Virus record (IMG/VR): IMGVR_UViG_3300032214_001145
Coordinates: 1 to 60,679 of that record
Source: a virus
Lineage: Duplodnaviria > Caudoviricetes
Length of the DNA: 60,679 nucleotides
Reading direction: 5' to 3' (one strand)
Part shown: one piece after another, positions 39,496 to 49,215 of the stretch
Layout: each line of letters starts with the position of its first letter
Numbering within the stretch: position 1 is the first letter of the stretch
The notes under the pieces: model-generated
Databases searched by the model: none
Told to the model about the DNA's origin: nothing
The model's input: only the letters and a program-made list of their open reading frames with translations
Position numbers and translations under genes: made by a program

Positions 39496-40235
39496 TGACA
39501 CATATACTTTTTAAAGTACAAGGGAATACTCCGGGTTATATACAATTAGTTGGAATGTATTTAAACTACAATTATGGTAGAATAGCGGATGAGTATAATG
39601 ATATGAGAGTTGAGTTGAATAAACTTGGAGCAATAATCATTCCAGAAGAAGTTGCTAAAGGTTTTGTATTTGCTGACATATACAAAGACTATATTAGTGT
39701 TAGAACTAATTCGCATATTATGGATGAGATTCCACAGTTAGCTGAATCTGGTGAACTTGAAACAGAGAAAGTAAAATATTTTCTTACTGATGAAGATAAA
39801 TTAGCTGCGGTATTGTTTAATAAAGCAGCAATGAAAAAGGTTGTTGCAGATAGATTTTCAGAAAGATATAAAGAACTTATGGTCGACGCTTCTACCTTAG
39901 AAAAAGATACTTGGGAAGAACAAAAAAGAGAAGCGTTTGGTTGGACTGCTGATGAAGATTATCAAACACCGATTATTGATATTTTGTGTGCTGGTAGAAA
40001 TATTGACAAAGCAACATTTGTTCAAAAAATTATTAATAATGTTACAGCTTACAATACAAAGTTAGCTAACTTATTATTAGAACAACAATTGTTGGAAGAA
40101 AGAATCAAAGCATGTGTTAATATTGGTGATTGCCACAGACTTAAACACGAAAAATTTGGTGTTGCTTTAAGTAAACAACAAAGAGAAGACGAAAACATTG
40201 AAACAACACCACTCACATTGAGAATGGACTTTTAA
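39495..40235 (+). CDS. Tail-fibre-assembly-like protein
   Basis: EKDTWEEQKREA..W..D..TPIIDIL..GRNIDK..VQKI resembles proteins found next to phage tail-fibre genes. Confidence 0.5.
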   Translation: MTHILFKVQGNTPGYIQLVGMYLNYNYGRIADEYNDMRVELNKLGAIIIPEEVAKGFVFADIYKDYISVRTNSHIMDEIPQLAESGELETEKVKYFLTDEDKLAAVLFNKAAMKKVVADRFSERYKELMVDASTLEKDTWEEQKREAFGWTADEDYQTPIIDILCAGRNIDKATFVQKIINNVTAYNTKLANLLLEQQLLEERIKACVNIGDCHRLKHEKFGVALSKQQREDENIETTPLTLRMDF

Positions 40236-40245
40236 ATTATAGTTA

Positions 40246-41247
40246 ATGAATTTAGCGATAAATGGAACTTGTGCTAAAGGTTGTTCATTTTGTTTCACGA
40301 AAGAAGACGCAAGATTAAAACATACATTAGGAGAAATGGATATACAAATGGTCGATAAAATTATCGACCATTATCGTCTAAATGATCCTAACGAAGAAAT
40401 CACTATACTTGGTGGTGAACCAACACAGCACTCAAATTTTATTGGAATATTAAATCATATATTTTCTAGAGGATTTAAAGTAAATCTTGTTAGTAATTTT
40501 CTGTTTGGTAAAACTACCAGAGAATACATAATAGAAAATATTAAGAACATTAGGTGGGTGTTTCCAAACGCTGCAGAACTTAATGAGAAAAATAGAATGG
40601 TTATTTTCAAAAAGAACTATTTGGAAATATATAAAGCGTATGCAAATACATGGGGTTTTGACACTAACCCAAGATTGTATTTGGCTTTAACTATGTCTAG
40701 TGATTGGAAAAGTAGAAATTTTTATGAGTATGTTAAGTGGCTATACCATGAACTAGATGGTAAAATAAACGCAATAAGACTGGGTTTAGACTTAACCGGC
40801 ACCTATCTGATCAACAATAAAGAGATGGGAGCGGAAATGACTAAAATACTCAAATTTGGTTTATATAATCAAATAAAGATTACTTCGGATTGTCAAGTAC
40901 CCCCATGTCTTTGGGAGGGCAAAACAAAAAGATCTGTATTAGAGAATTCATTAAACTTTGCTACGTTTAAGATACCTGAGTATGATACAATATGTGGATT
41001 TATGCCATTGGATATATTCCCAGATGGCAGTTCGATTCATTGTTATCCACTAGAAGATAAAGTAAAAATCAAAAATGTTTTGGAATTATCGGGGGAAAAT
41101 GGTATATTAGGTCTACGGGAAGAGTTTGATAAACTTTATATCGATAATCATAAAAATTATTCAATACCACAGGGATGTTTAGATTGTGTTTTTTATAAGA
41201 CAGAATGTAACGGAATATGTGGTGGCTGTATAGAAGGTAACAAATGA
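40246..41247 (+). CDS. Radical SAM protein with C-terminal SPASM-like cysteines
   Basis: CAKGCSFC, LGGEPT, DCQVPPC, CG..HCYP..CLDC..CNGICGGC. Confidence 0.9.
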   Translation: MNLAINGTCAKGCSFCFTKEDARLKHTLGEMDIQMVDKIIDHYRLNDPNEEITILGGEPTQHSNFIGILNHIFSRGFKVNLVSNFLFGKTTREYIIENIKNIRWVFPNAAELNEKNRMVIFKKNYLEIYKAYANTWGFDTNPRLYLALTMSSDWKSRNFYEYVKWLYHELDGKINAIRLGLDLTGTYLINNKEMGAEMTKILKFGLYNQIKITSDCQVPPCLWEGKTKRSVLENSLNFATFKIPEYDTICGFMPLDIFPDGSSIHCYPLEDKVKIKNVLELSGENGILGLREEFDKLYIDNHKNYSIPQGCLDCVFYKTECNGICGGCIEGNK

Positions 41248-42284
41248 CAAAGAAAATATTTTCAATACCGTTTAATCCGATGTTAACGGAGGAAGCGTTT
41301 ACAAATCAATTTTATCCATTCTTAGAAAGAAATAAAGAATGGATCTATGACATTTATTTTACTTGTAGAATACCACCATTTACACAAGATGCGATGGGTG
41401 CGGTCTTCAGAGAAGAGGATAGAGATATTGTATTTGAAAACGCAATGATAATTCAAAAAGCATTGGGTATTAAAATAAGTGCGACGTTTAATAATGTTAA
41501 CATCTCGCCAAATTATCAGAACTATAGATTGTTTGTTGATAATCTAAAACCTTTATATGAAAAAGGATTAAGATGCATAACTATTCCACATGGTCATTGG
41601 GTTGCAATGGGGTTAAAGAAACATTTCCCTGAAATGGAAATTAAAAATACCATATTAAGAAAGGTTGCAACTGGACAAGACTTTTGGTATAATGCAGATC
41701 AAGGCTTCGACTATATTAATCTAGATAGAATTTTAATGAGAGATGTTGAAGAATTAAAAAACATCAAGAGAGCTCAATTAAAATATCAAGAAGAAAAAGG
41801 TAGGTATGTTAAAATATCATTACTTGTTAATGAGGGTTGTCTAGGTAGATGTCCGGTAATGGATGAACATTATACCTACAACAATTTAAGAACAAATAAT
41901 GAACTACCATATTTTCATCATGAAATATCTAAAGTAACCTGTGAGCATAAATGGGAGAAAGATATTAATGCTTTCTTTTTTAAGACTGGAACAATACCGC
42001 CATTCAAAGAAGAGTTCGATGAGTTCTTGGAATATATCGATGTATTTAAAATGCACGGTAGAGATAGTTTCAACCGTTTAACGGAAACCATGGAAATTGT
42101 TGATTCATATGTTCAGGGCAAAGAAGTCTTATCAGAAACATCACACATATATCTTGATGGGATTCCCCATGAAGAGTTAAAAGGTTGGAGAAATAAAATA
42201 AAGAAATGTAAATTCCAATGTTGGGATTGTAATTATTGTGAAATTGTTGCAGACCATAAAAAGAAATCATATGGACTTAGTTAA
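41244..42284 (+). CDS. Peptidase U32-family Fe-S protein (hydroxylase-like)
   Basis: NLDRILMRD, LLVNEGCLGRCP, FKMHGR; C-terminal CKFQCWDCNYC. Confidence 0.75.
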   Translation: MTKKIFSIPFNPMLTEEAFTNQFYPFLERNKEWIYDIYFTCRIPPFTQDAMGAVFREEDRDIVFENAMIIQKALGIKISATFNNVNISPNYQNYRLFVDNLKPLYEKGLRCITIPHGHWVAMGLKKHFPEMEIKNTILRKVATGQDFWYNADQGFDYINLDRILMRDVEELKNIKRAQLKYQEEKGRYVKISLLVNEGCLGRCPVMDEHYTYNNLRTNNELPYFHHEISKVTCEHKWEKDINAFFFKTGTIPPFKEEFDEFLEYIDVFKMHGRDSFNRLTETMEIVDSYVQGKEVLSETSHIYLDGIPHEELKGWRNKIKKCKFQCWDCNYCEIVADHKKKSYGLS

Positions 42285-42936
42285 ACATATAGACGATTCA
42301 ATTGAATGGGGTGGACTTGAAGTTTCTAAATTAACTCAAGACATTTTAGATATACATGGGATCACCAGTAATAAGGTAAGATGTTTTCTTAATAACCTTT
42401 GCAATATTGACAACGCAACATATCTTGAGGTTGGGGTATTTCGAGGAGCCACATTTTGTTCAGCCATTTATGGTAATGACATTTACTCAATCGCTATAGA
42501 TAATTTTATGTCACCTAATCTAACACCTAAAGGGGTTAGTCAAAAATTAGGTAACTATTATAAACACAATATTGATGTTTTGCCACAAGAAGAGTTTTTA
42601 CATAATGTTAAAAAATTTGGTGACGTTAAAAAAACTTCAGTATATAAAACAGATTACCACACATTTGATTTTAAATCATTATCAAATGCAGACATCATTT
42701 TTTATGATGGTGAAACAAAATACCATGATCAGTATGTTGCATTAACAAAGATGTTACCGATTTTTTCAGATGAAACAATTATTATAATGGATGATTGGAA
42801 TTGGGACAGCGGAGCATTTGAAAAATTTGTCGAGGATAATAATTTATTTATAAAACACTCGAGACAATTATTCACATCCGGAGAAGATGCGAATGATTTT
42901 TGGAATGGCCTAGGTATTTTTTTAATAGAGAAATAG
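42271..42936 (+). CDS. Class I SAM-dependent methyltransferase (Methyltransf_24-like)
   Basis: YLEVGVFRGAT, IDNF, IFYDG, IMDDWNW; ATG at 42271. Confidence 0.8.
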   Translation: MDLVKHIDDSIEWGGLEVSKLTQDILDIHGITSNKVRCFLNNLCNIDNATYLEVGVFRGATFCSAIYGNDIYSIAIDNFMSPNLTPKGVSQKLGNYYKHNIDVLPQEEFLHNVKKFGDVKKTSVYKTDYHTFDFKSLSNADIIFYDGETKYHDQYVALTKMLPIFSDETIIIMDDWNWDSGAFEKFVEDNNLFIKHSRQLFTSGEDANDFWNGLGIFLIEK

Positions 42937-42965
42937 TTGTCTTTTCGCTTGTTTTTGTTTATATT
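42937..42965 (+). promoter_or_regulatory. Promoter TTGTCT-N17-TATATT
   Basis: Same layout as the other promoters; intergenic. Confidence 0.55.
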
Positions 42966-43001
42966 AGAGTTAATAATAAACTTTCTTTAAACAAAAAAAA
43001 C

Positions 43002-43886
43002 ATGAAGAAAACAATCAGAATGCTATCGCTAATGTTAGCATTCCTGTTTACTACAACGTTGTCATTTGGTCAATACAGTAGTAGCGCAATTCAGAAAGGC
43101 TCAGAACAAGCCCTAAAAGTTCAAACGGACAGTGTCCCTAATCAATTACAAGAGATCGTTGTTACAGCAAAGAAAGTACCATTGATGACCAAAGTAGGCC
43201 CTTATGGTCAACCGCTTTGGACAACAATGAGAATGTTTGCATCCACAAGAGTCTATGTGATGAATCCTCCAGGTACTGCAATGTACGAGAAGTGGTTTGA
43301 TATTAGACAAAGAAGAAATGGACCAGCTCAAATTAGAATGAGAGATGAGTTCACTTTTGGTTTAGGTAAACGTTTACAATTAGATCTTTATTCTCACACG
43401 GTTTATGATGGTGAAAACGGTGACAAGGAATTCAAATGGAGAGGATTCTCTTGGGAGTTCCGTTACGCGTTAGCTGACTGGGGTAAGTTGTGGGGTAATC
43501 CAACATTGTATTGGGAAACTAAAATGTTAGATGGTCGTTGGGGTATTGAACCAAAATTATTACTCGGTGATAGAATCGGTAAAAGTGGTATCTGGGGTTT
43601 CAATGCTATCTACGAAGGTAATCTAGCAGATAAGAAAGAACTCCGTGAAGATGAGTATGCGTATACCGCATCTTATGCAAACATCATTAATAATGATTTA
43701 ACCCTAGGTGTTTCACATATGTTTAGGTATAATGATTTTGATGGTGGCTCACAAGAATGGTATCTTGGACCATTGTTACAATATCGTTTTAGTAACAAAG
43801 GTTATTTAAATGTTGAACATATGCCAGGTCTTAATCAAGACGCAAAACAATCACGAACCACAATTATATTCGCATGGAGATTTTAA
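43002..43886 (+). CDS. Signal-peptide-bearing outer-membrane beta-barrel-like protein
   Basis: MKKTIR plus a hydrophobic stretch ending SFG-Q; alternating aromatic beta strands; C-terminal IFAWRF beta-signal; ATG at 43002. Confidence 0.65.
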   Translation: MKKTIRMLSLMLAFLFTTTLSFGQYSSSAIQKGSEQALKVQTDSVPNQLQEIVVTAKKVPLMTKVGPYGQPLWTTMRMFASTRVYVMNPPGTAMYEKWFDIRQRRNGPAQIRMRDEFTFGLGKRLQLDLYSHTVYDGENGDKEFKWRGFSWEFRYALADWGKLWGNPTLYWETKMLDGRWGIEPKLLLGDRIGKSGIWGFNAIYEGNLADKKELREDEYAYTASYANIINNDLTLGVSHMFRYNDFDGGSQEWYLGPLLQYRFSNKGYLNVEHMPGLNQDAKQSRTTIIFAWRF

Positions 43887-44881
43887 TCAAAGGGCAAGAG
43901 TTCCTTGTCTATTTAATATTCATTATGTTCGTAACGGGTATCCTCAAAGAAAGAGGATACCTTATGGACATTTTCAGACTGCTTGAACAAAAAGTTAAGT
44001 CAAAGAGAATGGTAGTATTCTTAGTATCGTTATTCGGTGGTATTCTACCCATCCCTGGTCGCGTTGCACTATCAGCATCAATGTTGAATAGCATCGCACC
44101 AATTGATAATAAGAAACGTAAGAAGTTTGGTATCATTGATTACCTAGCAACACATCATTATTATCTATGGTCACCATTAGAGAAGACAGTAATCATTCCT
44201 ATGGCGGTTCTAAGTTTAACTTATGTGCAGTTCATGTCATATATCTGGCCATTACTTTTAATTTCAGTATTATATGTGACATACTATATCTTATCATTAG
44301 ATGATGATGAAATAGATATCGAAGTTAAAGATGAACCCATTAACATTAAAAATATTACAATGGTAGTGATTCCATTTTTTGTGACGATATTAATGTGTGT
44401 TTTCCTAACGGAATTTTATTTTGGATTCTTTACTGGATTCACTTTATGGTTAGTATATTACTCTAAAAGCTGGAACAAAATAATGGGTTACATTGATTGG
44501 GAGTTAATATGGATCGTTGCTTTAGTTATTATTTTAGGTAACCTTGTTGGATCTTACTATGATGTAATAGAATCATATATCAAACAATATAACAAGCCAG
44601 AATATATATTAATAGTTTCTGTAATATCATTTCTCTCGTCATTTATGTTAGGGTCTTCCGCAAAGTACGCGAGCATTGTTAGTTTATTAACGAGTGTGTT
44701 TGGTATGCAGTACTTTGTTCTATTCTTCACATTAGAATATTCAGCATATTTGATCTCACCATCTCATAAATGTTTACCGATTGGTCAGAGGTATTTCCAT
44801 ACGGGGTTTATGACATATCTTAAAGCCCTAGTTATTTGGATATCTCTTATGATGACGTATGCTCTTTTAACCATTTTATAA
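43874..44881 (+). CDS. Multi-pass inner-membrane transporter (IT superfamily: CitMHS/ArsB/DUF401-like)
   Basis: Many hydrophobic segments; GGILPIPG, WSPLE, ISPSHKC. Confidence 0.6.
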   Translation: MEILIKGQEFLVYLIFIMFVTGILKERGYLMDIFRLLEQKVKSKRMVVFLVSLFGGILPIPGRVALSASMLNSIAPIDNKKRKKFGIIDYLATHHYYLWSPLEKTVIIPMAVLSLTYVQFMSYIWPLLLISVLYVTYYILSLDDDEIDIEVKDEPINIKNITMVVIPFFVTILMCVFLTEFYFGFFTGFTLWLVYYSKSWNKIMGYIDWELIWIVALVIILGNLVGSYYDVIESYIKQYNKPEYILIVSVISFLSSFMLGSSAKYASIVSLLTSVFGMQYFVLFFTLEYSAYLISPSHKCLPIGQRYFHTGFMTYLKALVIWISLMMTYALLTIL

Positions 44882-44883
44882 AC

Positions 44884-44912
44884 TTTACTTTTTAAATAAA
44901 GAAATATATATT
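44884..44912 (+). promoter_or_regulatory. Promoter TTTACT-N17-TATATT
   Basis: Intergenic, same 17-nt spacing. Confidence 0.55.
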
Positions 44913-44930
44913 AATAAAGAATTTAAAATT

Positions 44931-45398
44931 ATGGAGAAAATTACATTAAAATTAGGAGACATTCTACAATTAGAAAGCGAAATAAACGGATACACTGATC
45001 CACAAAGCGGTGAAATTGTTTACGAGGGATTTACTAAACAAAACCTATCAATCATTTTGAAGTATGAACTAAGTGATTTCTCAGCAACACTTAAAACTGA
45101 GAGGACTAAGGTTGATTCATTAAGAGATGAATTGATTAAAAAATATGGAGAAGATGATGGTAAAGGTGGTATTCTAGTAAAAATGTACAATGAGGTTAAA
45201 GACGAAGAAGGTAACATTACCGGAAAAGTAATTAACCCACAGTATGTTGAATTTGATAACGAATATGGTACACTTTTAAGTCGTGAAATCGAAATTGAAT
45301 ATCCAGAAATCACTAAACAAGATCTAAAAGACGCGGGTAAAACCAAAGACAAATATCTGGTACTGTTTAAATTAATTAAAAAAGAGGGAGCTAAATAA
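44931..45398 (+). CDS. Hypothetical phage protein
   Basis: Intact ORF with its own promoter and terminator; RDELIKKYG. Confidence 0.6.
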   Translation: MEKITLKLGDILQLESEINGYTDPQSGEIVYEGFTKQNLSIILKYELSDFSATLKTERTKVDSLRDELIKKYGEDDGKGGILVKMYNEVKDEEGNITGKVINPQYVEFDNEYGTLLSREIEIEYPEITKQDLKDAGKTKDKYLVLFKLIKKEGAK

Positions 45399-45410
45399 GC
45401 TCCCTTTTTA
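45381..45410. terminator. Bidirectional intrinsic terminator between convergent genes
   Basis: AGGGAGCT-AAATA-AGCTCCCT flanked by A and T runs. Confidence 0.8.
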
Positions 45411-46497
45411 TTTCTATCTTCATGTTACCTATTGAGTATTCTCCTGGCTCGTAATGTGGTATTGATATTCTAAGTGTTCTTAATGTTGTAATGTCATCAT
45501 CTGTAAATGGTTCCATCTCATAAATCATAACGTCAACGGTATCTGTTAGCACAAATTTCGACCTTAAATCATATCGCGTGTGCTTCTGTTCATTATTAAT
45601 ATAATCCTCTGGAATCGTCCCTAAATCGATTTTATCGAAAAATGGTTCTACCTCCATTAGTTTGTTTTTACTTCTGGTTGTTAAACCCATTGAGAATGTT
45701 TTATATTTAAATTCTTTTTCTTCCCAATATCTCATTTGCACAAAAGCCCCGTATTGTACTCCCCATTTTCTAACAAAGTTTCTATTTGAGGAAACTTCAT
45801 ATCGAAGTCTATCCTTTTTGTAGTCGTCACTGAACCTAGATGTTTGAGAAACAAAATGATATACTATTGAGCTATCACAAGTTTTCAATTCATATCCTTT
45901 TAATTTTGCTCTTAACAAGAAGTCATCGTCCTCACAAAATGCTGGAACAAAACTAAATCCATCAAACCCCCCAACATCATCAAACATTTTCTTATAACCA
46001 CTCATAAAGAAAACAGCACCATCATAAATGTTATCACTTTGATTCCATTGTTTAACAAACTGATTAAATTGGTAATGATCAAAATTATCAAACCCAGATC
46101 CCATATCTAATAATACTTTACCTGGGCGCTTATGTCCCTTAAAGATCGGGGGTTCAATTGTTGTATATGATAATAACATGTTTGGTTTTAGTAATCTATT
46201 AATAGCTTCTAAGAACCCCTCACCAATAACCATATCATTGTGAATGAGAACTACCTTTTCTGTATCAACTAATTTAATCCCAGCATTGTATGTGTCTGAA
46301 AATGTTAAACGATCATCATCATGTATAAAAGAAAGATACTCATCGTCTAATGACTCAAGCCATTCTTTTGTTCCATCACTTGAACCACCACTACTTATTG
46401 CTAATGGTACGTTTGGATATAACTCACGAAGATGTTTATAACACTCTTTTGTTAAATCTAATTTATTATATACAGCAAGTACAAATGTTATATCCAT
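45391..46497 (-). CDS. Glycosyltransferase family 2
   Basis: FVLAVYN, SSDGT, LIHNDM, GGFD, EDDDF; ATG at 46497. Confidence 0.85.
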   Translation of the reverse strand: MDITFVLAVYNKLDLTKECYKHLRELYPNVPLAISSGGSSDGTKEWLESLDDEYLSFIHDDDRLTFSDTYNAGIKLVDTEKVVLIHNDMVIGEGFLEAINRLLKPNMLLSYTTIEPPIFKGHKRPGKVLLDMGSGFDNFDHYQFNQFVKQWNQSDNIYDGAVFFMSGYKKMFDDVGGFDGFSFVPAFCEDDDFLLRAKLKGYELKTCDSSIVYHFVSQTSRFSDDYKKDRLRYEVSSNRNFVRKWGVQYGAFVQMRYWEEKEFKYKTFSMGLTTRSKNKLMEVEPFFDKIDLGTIPEDYINNEQKHTRYDLRSKFVLTDTVDVMIYEMEPFTDDDITTLRTLRISIPHYEPGEYSIGNMKIEIKRELI

Positions 46498-47348
46498 TAT
46501 AAATTTTTTATGTAATTTTCTAATTTGTCTGAAGGGGACCAACCTAGTCGGTCAATTGCATCGTTGTTAACTCTAATTGTTTCTCGGTAATTACCTTTTT
46601 GTTCGGTCATGTAAACTTTTACACAACTAAATCTTTCAATAAACATATTCGCCACATCATTTATAGAATAGTTTTTACCGGTTCCAAGTTCCCAAGCGTC
46701 GTCATGTTGCTCATTACTTTCAGCGATCTTGATTAAACCATCAACAATATCATCTATGTGTGTGAAATCTCTTCTTTGTTTACCGTCACCTATAATAGTG
46801 ATTGGATAATTCTTTTGAACTTGTCCTCTCCATAAACCAATTACAGCAGCCATATGTGAATCAACTAATTCACCTGGACCATATACGTTATAGAATCTAA
46901 CTATCTGTGCGTTTAAATTGTAAACTTCTTTATACATCTTGATCCACTCTTCACCCATATGTTTAGTCATAGCATATGGTGACTTCATTGGTATGTGCCA
47001 TCTTGAAGATGATCCGGAGTATATTAATTTTGATTTATTCTTAAGCGCATAGTCAACCACTTTCTTTGTGCCATCAACATTAACAGAGAATGTTAACATC
47101 GGATTTTGAAATGATGGTTGTATTCTACTCAATGCAGCTAAATGAAAAATATATGTGTATGGTTTGTCTTCAATGTTATCCATAGCTCTCACGTCACCAC
47201 CTAAGAAGTTACAACCGTTTGGTATTTTTGCTTCATTACCTATCGATAAGTTATCGATCACATCAACTTCATAACCTTTTTTAATTAATGCCAAAGATAA
47301 TGCATGTCCAATAAATCCACAACCCCCGGTTACTAAAACTTTTTTCAT
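46497..47348 (-). CDS. NAD-dependent epimerase/dehydratase (GalE-like extended SDR)
   Basis: VTGGCGFIG, HLAA, YAMTK (YxxxK), RFYNVYGP, RDFTHIDD. Confidence 0.92.
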   Translation of the reverse strand: MKKVLVTGGCGFIGHALSLALIKKGYEVDVIDNLSIGNEAKIPNGCNFLGGDVRAMDNIEDKPYTYIFHLAALSRIQPSFQNPMLTFSVNVDGTKKVVDYALKNKSKLIYSGSSSRWHIPMKSPYAMTKHMGEEWIKMYKEVYNLNAQIVRFYNVYGPGELVDSHMAAVIGLWRGQVQKNYPITIIGDGKQRRDFTHIDDIVDGLIKIAESNEQHDDAWELGTGKNYSINDVANMFIERFSCVKVYMTEQKGNYRETIRVNNDAIDRLGWSPSDKLENYIKNL

Positions 47349-47965
47349 ATTGAACTATAAAGATTGTTTTGTTTTTCTTGTTTATCAATTGTTTTGTGAT
47401 GTTGTATACAATATACTTCATCAGTCGGTAGTGTTGAAAAGTATTCACCACCAATTATTCTTTCATGTACCCTACCATACCATGACATTTTGGTTCTATA
47501 GATTCTCCCCTGCATATCAGGAAAATTAACCCAATTCTTTTCATTAACATTCCATCCCCATTTACTGATATGTTCTTCAGTTAATCCATTAACAGTATTG
47601 ATTCTTGGTACAAATATTAAATCCACATTTGGGTTCATCTCAAGAATCGTACTTATATTTTTAACCAAGTACTCATCAATCATTTCATCGGCATCAAGTT
47701 GAAATGTATAATCACCGGTACAATATTCGTTTAACTTATTTTTCCAATCAGCAAAGTTATTGTTCCAATCAAATGATCTCCAAGTTTGAACATTTGGTTT
47801 GATGTTAAATGGTAGCAAGAAATCTAAAACTTCTTTACTACCATTTTTCTCGTCGAACAAAATAACAATCTCATCCTGTATTCTTTTGTGTTCCAATAAG
47901 AAAGGAACTAATCTTTTTATTTCATCTAATTCATTACATACTGTAATTGCAAATGATATTTTCAT
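47345..47965 (-). CDS. Glycosyltransferase family 2
   Basis: ISFAITVCNE, FQLDADE, VHE. Confidence 0.85.
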   Translation of the reverse strand: MKISFAITVCNELDEIKRLVPFLLEHKRIQDEIVILFDEKNGSKEVLDFLLPFNIKPNVQTWRSFDWNNNFADWKNKLNEYCTGDYTFQLDADEMIDEYLVKNISTILEMNPNVDLIFVPRINTVNGLTEEHISKWGWNVNEKNWVNFPDMQGRIYRTKMSWYGRVHERIIGGEYFSTLPTDEVYCIQHHKTIDKQEKQNNLYSSI

Positions 47966-49215
47966 TAATTAATTTTTGTTAACTTAGGTAAAACTAATTG
48001 AGTTTGTTTTGGTACACTTGGAACATCTTGAATTAATTTTTTAAATTCTTCTCTCATAGCATCCATTGAAAATGCCTCAGCGTTTTCTAATCTTAATGCT
48101 TCAGATCTTTCTAAAAACTTTTCATAGTCTTTATGTACCAATTTGAAAACTTCAACTGCTTCATTATAATTTGCTGTAAACCATTTTGAATCTTTTAAAA
48201 TAAATGCATCAACAGCGCTCTCATGTACATCAGTAAGCTTACCACCAATCATGATTGCTTTATTCATTGGTAAGAAGTCTTTGTGACCAGACCAGTTAGA
48301 TGCAATGACTGGTTTTCCGGTCATCGTGAATTCTAATAAAGGTCTACCAAATCCTTCCCCTTTAGTTAAAGTAACCATCGATTTAATTTTTGGGTGATTA
48401 TATACTTCATTCATTTCTTCGTTTGTTAAATCACCGAATAACAAATAAACTGACGGTGGGTTCTTTACGTCTTTCAATAAGTTCTCAATACGTTGTCTAA
48501 AATTTTCTCTTTCTTTAATTGAGAATGTCGCTGATGACGTTTTTAAAACAAGTGCTGGTCTATCATCACCCTCATTAAATGCGGCAGCAAAACATTTGAT
48601 TAACATACCAATATCTTTTCTATCTTGTCCAAGATCACCTTTTAACCAGTGACCAACAAATAGAAATACAAAGTCTTCTTTAATATCTAAATCAATTCCT
48701 TTGTAAACATTGTTATATACTTTTTGATCAACACCTTCAAACAGAACACTAATAGGTTTTTCTATTTTATATTGTTTGATTAATTTACCGGTGTTCTTTT
48801 CGTTTTCATTATAAACGGTTGAAACAAGAACATCTCTTGAAAATACAGATGTTGTTATTACTTTGTCTACTCTGTTACAACCATCTACCCAATCCTTTGG
48901 TGCAACTGTGGTTTCAATACCTGCAGTTATACCAATATTATATTTTCCAACTCTTTGAAATTCATTTGGAACAGTTACTTGAACATAAATGTCTGGTGTT
49001 TCAGAAAGAGTAGTAATAATATTTTCTTCAATCCATTTGTGAAAAGGATTAGTATAATCTAATGCTGTTAATGGAGTAACCCCCCAACCACAACTATCTA
49101 TTTTTATATCAAATAAATCCATTTCATATAACGCTTGTAATAGATCTCTTGAGTGTGCACCATAACCGCTTCTTGTTTTTACTGGCCCTCTAAATAATAA
49201 TGTTTGTTTGCTCAT
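47965..49215 (-). CDS. Glycosyltransferase family 4 (GT-B)
   Basis: SGYG, RKD, KGEGFGRPLLE..GKPVIASNWSGH.DF. Confidence 0.88.
   Translation of the reverse strand: MSKQTLLFRGPVKTRSGYGAHSRDLLQALYEMDLFDIKIDSCGWGVTPLTALDYTNPFHKWIEENIITTLSETPDIYVQVTVPNEFQRVGKYNIGITAGIETTVAPKDWVDGCNRVDKVITTSVFSRDVLVSTVYNENEKNTGKLIKQYKIEKPISVLFEGVDQKVYNNVYKGIDLDIKEDFVFLFVGHWLKGDLGQDRKDIGMLIKCFAAAFNEGDDRPALVLKTSSATFSIKERENFRQRIENLLKDVKNPPSVYLLFGDLTNEEMNEVYNHPKIKSMVTLTKGEGFGRPLLEFTMTGKPVIASNWSGHKDFLPMNKAIMIGGKLTDVHESAVDAFILKDSKWFTANYNEAVEVFKLVHKDYEKFLERSEALRLENAEAFSMDAMREEFKKLIQDVPSVPKQTQLVLPKLTKIN

Noticed and set aside
40347-40372. 12-bp inverted repeat AATGGTCGATAA-AA-TTATCGACCATT inside the radical SAM gene
   Set aside because: It is intragenic, has no U-tract and occurs once; it could plausibly arise by chance in 60 kb of AT-rich DNA
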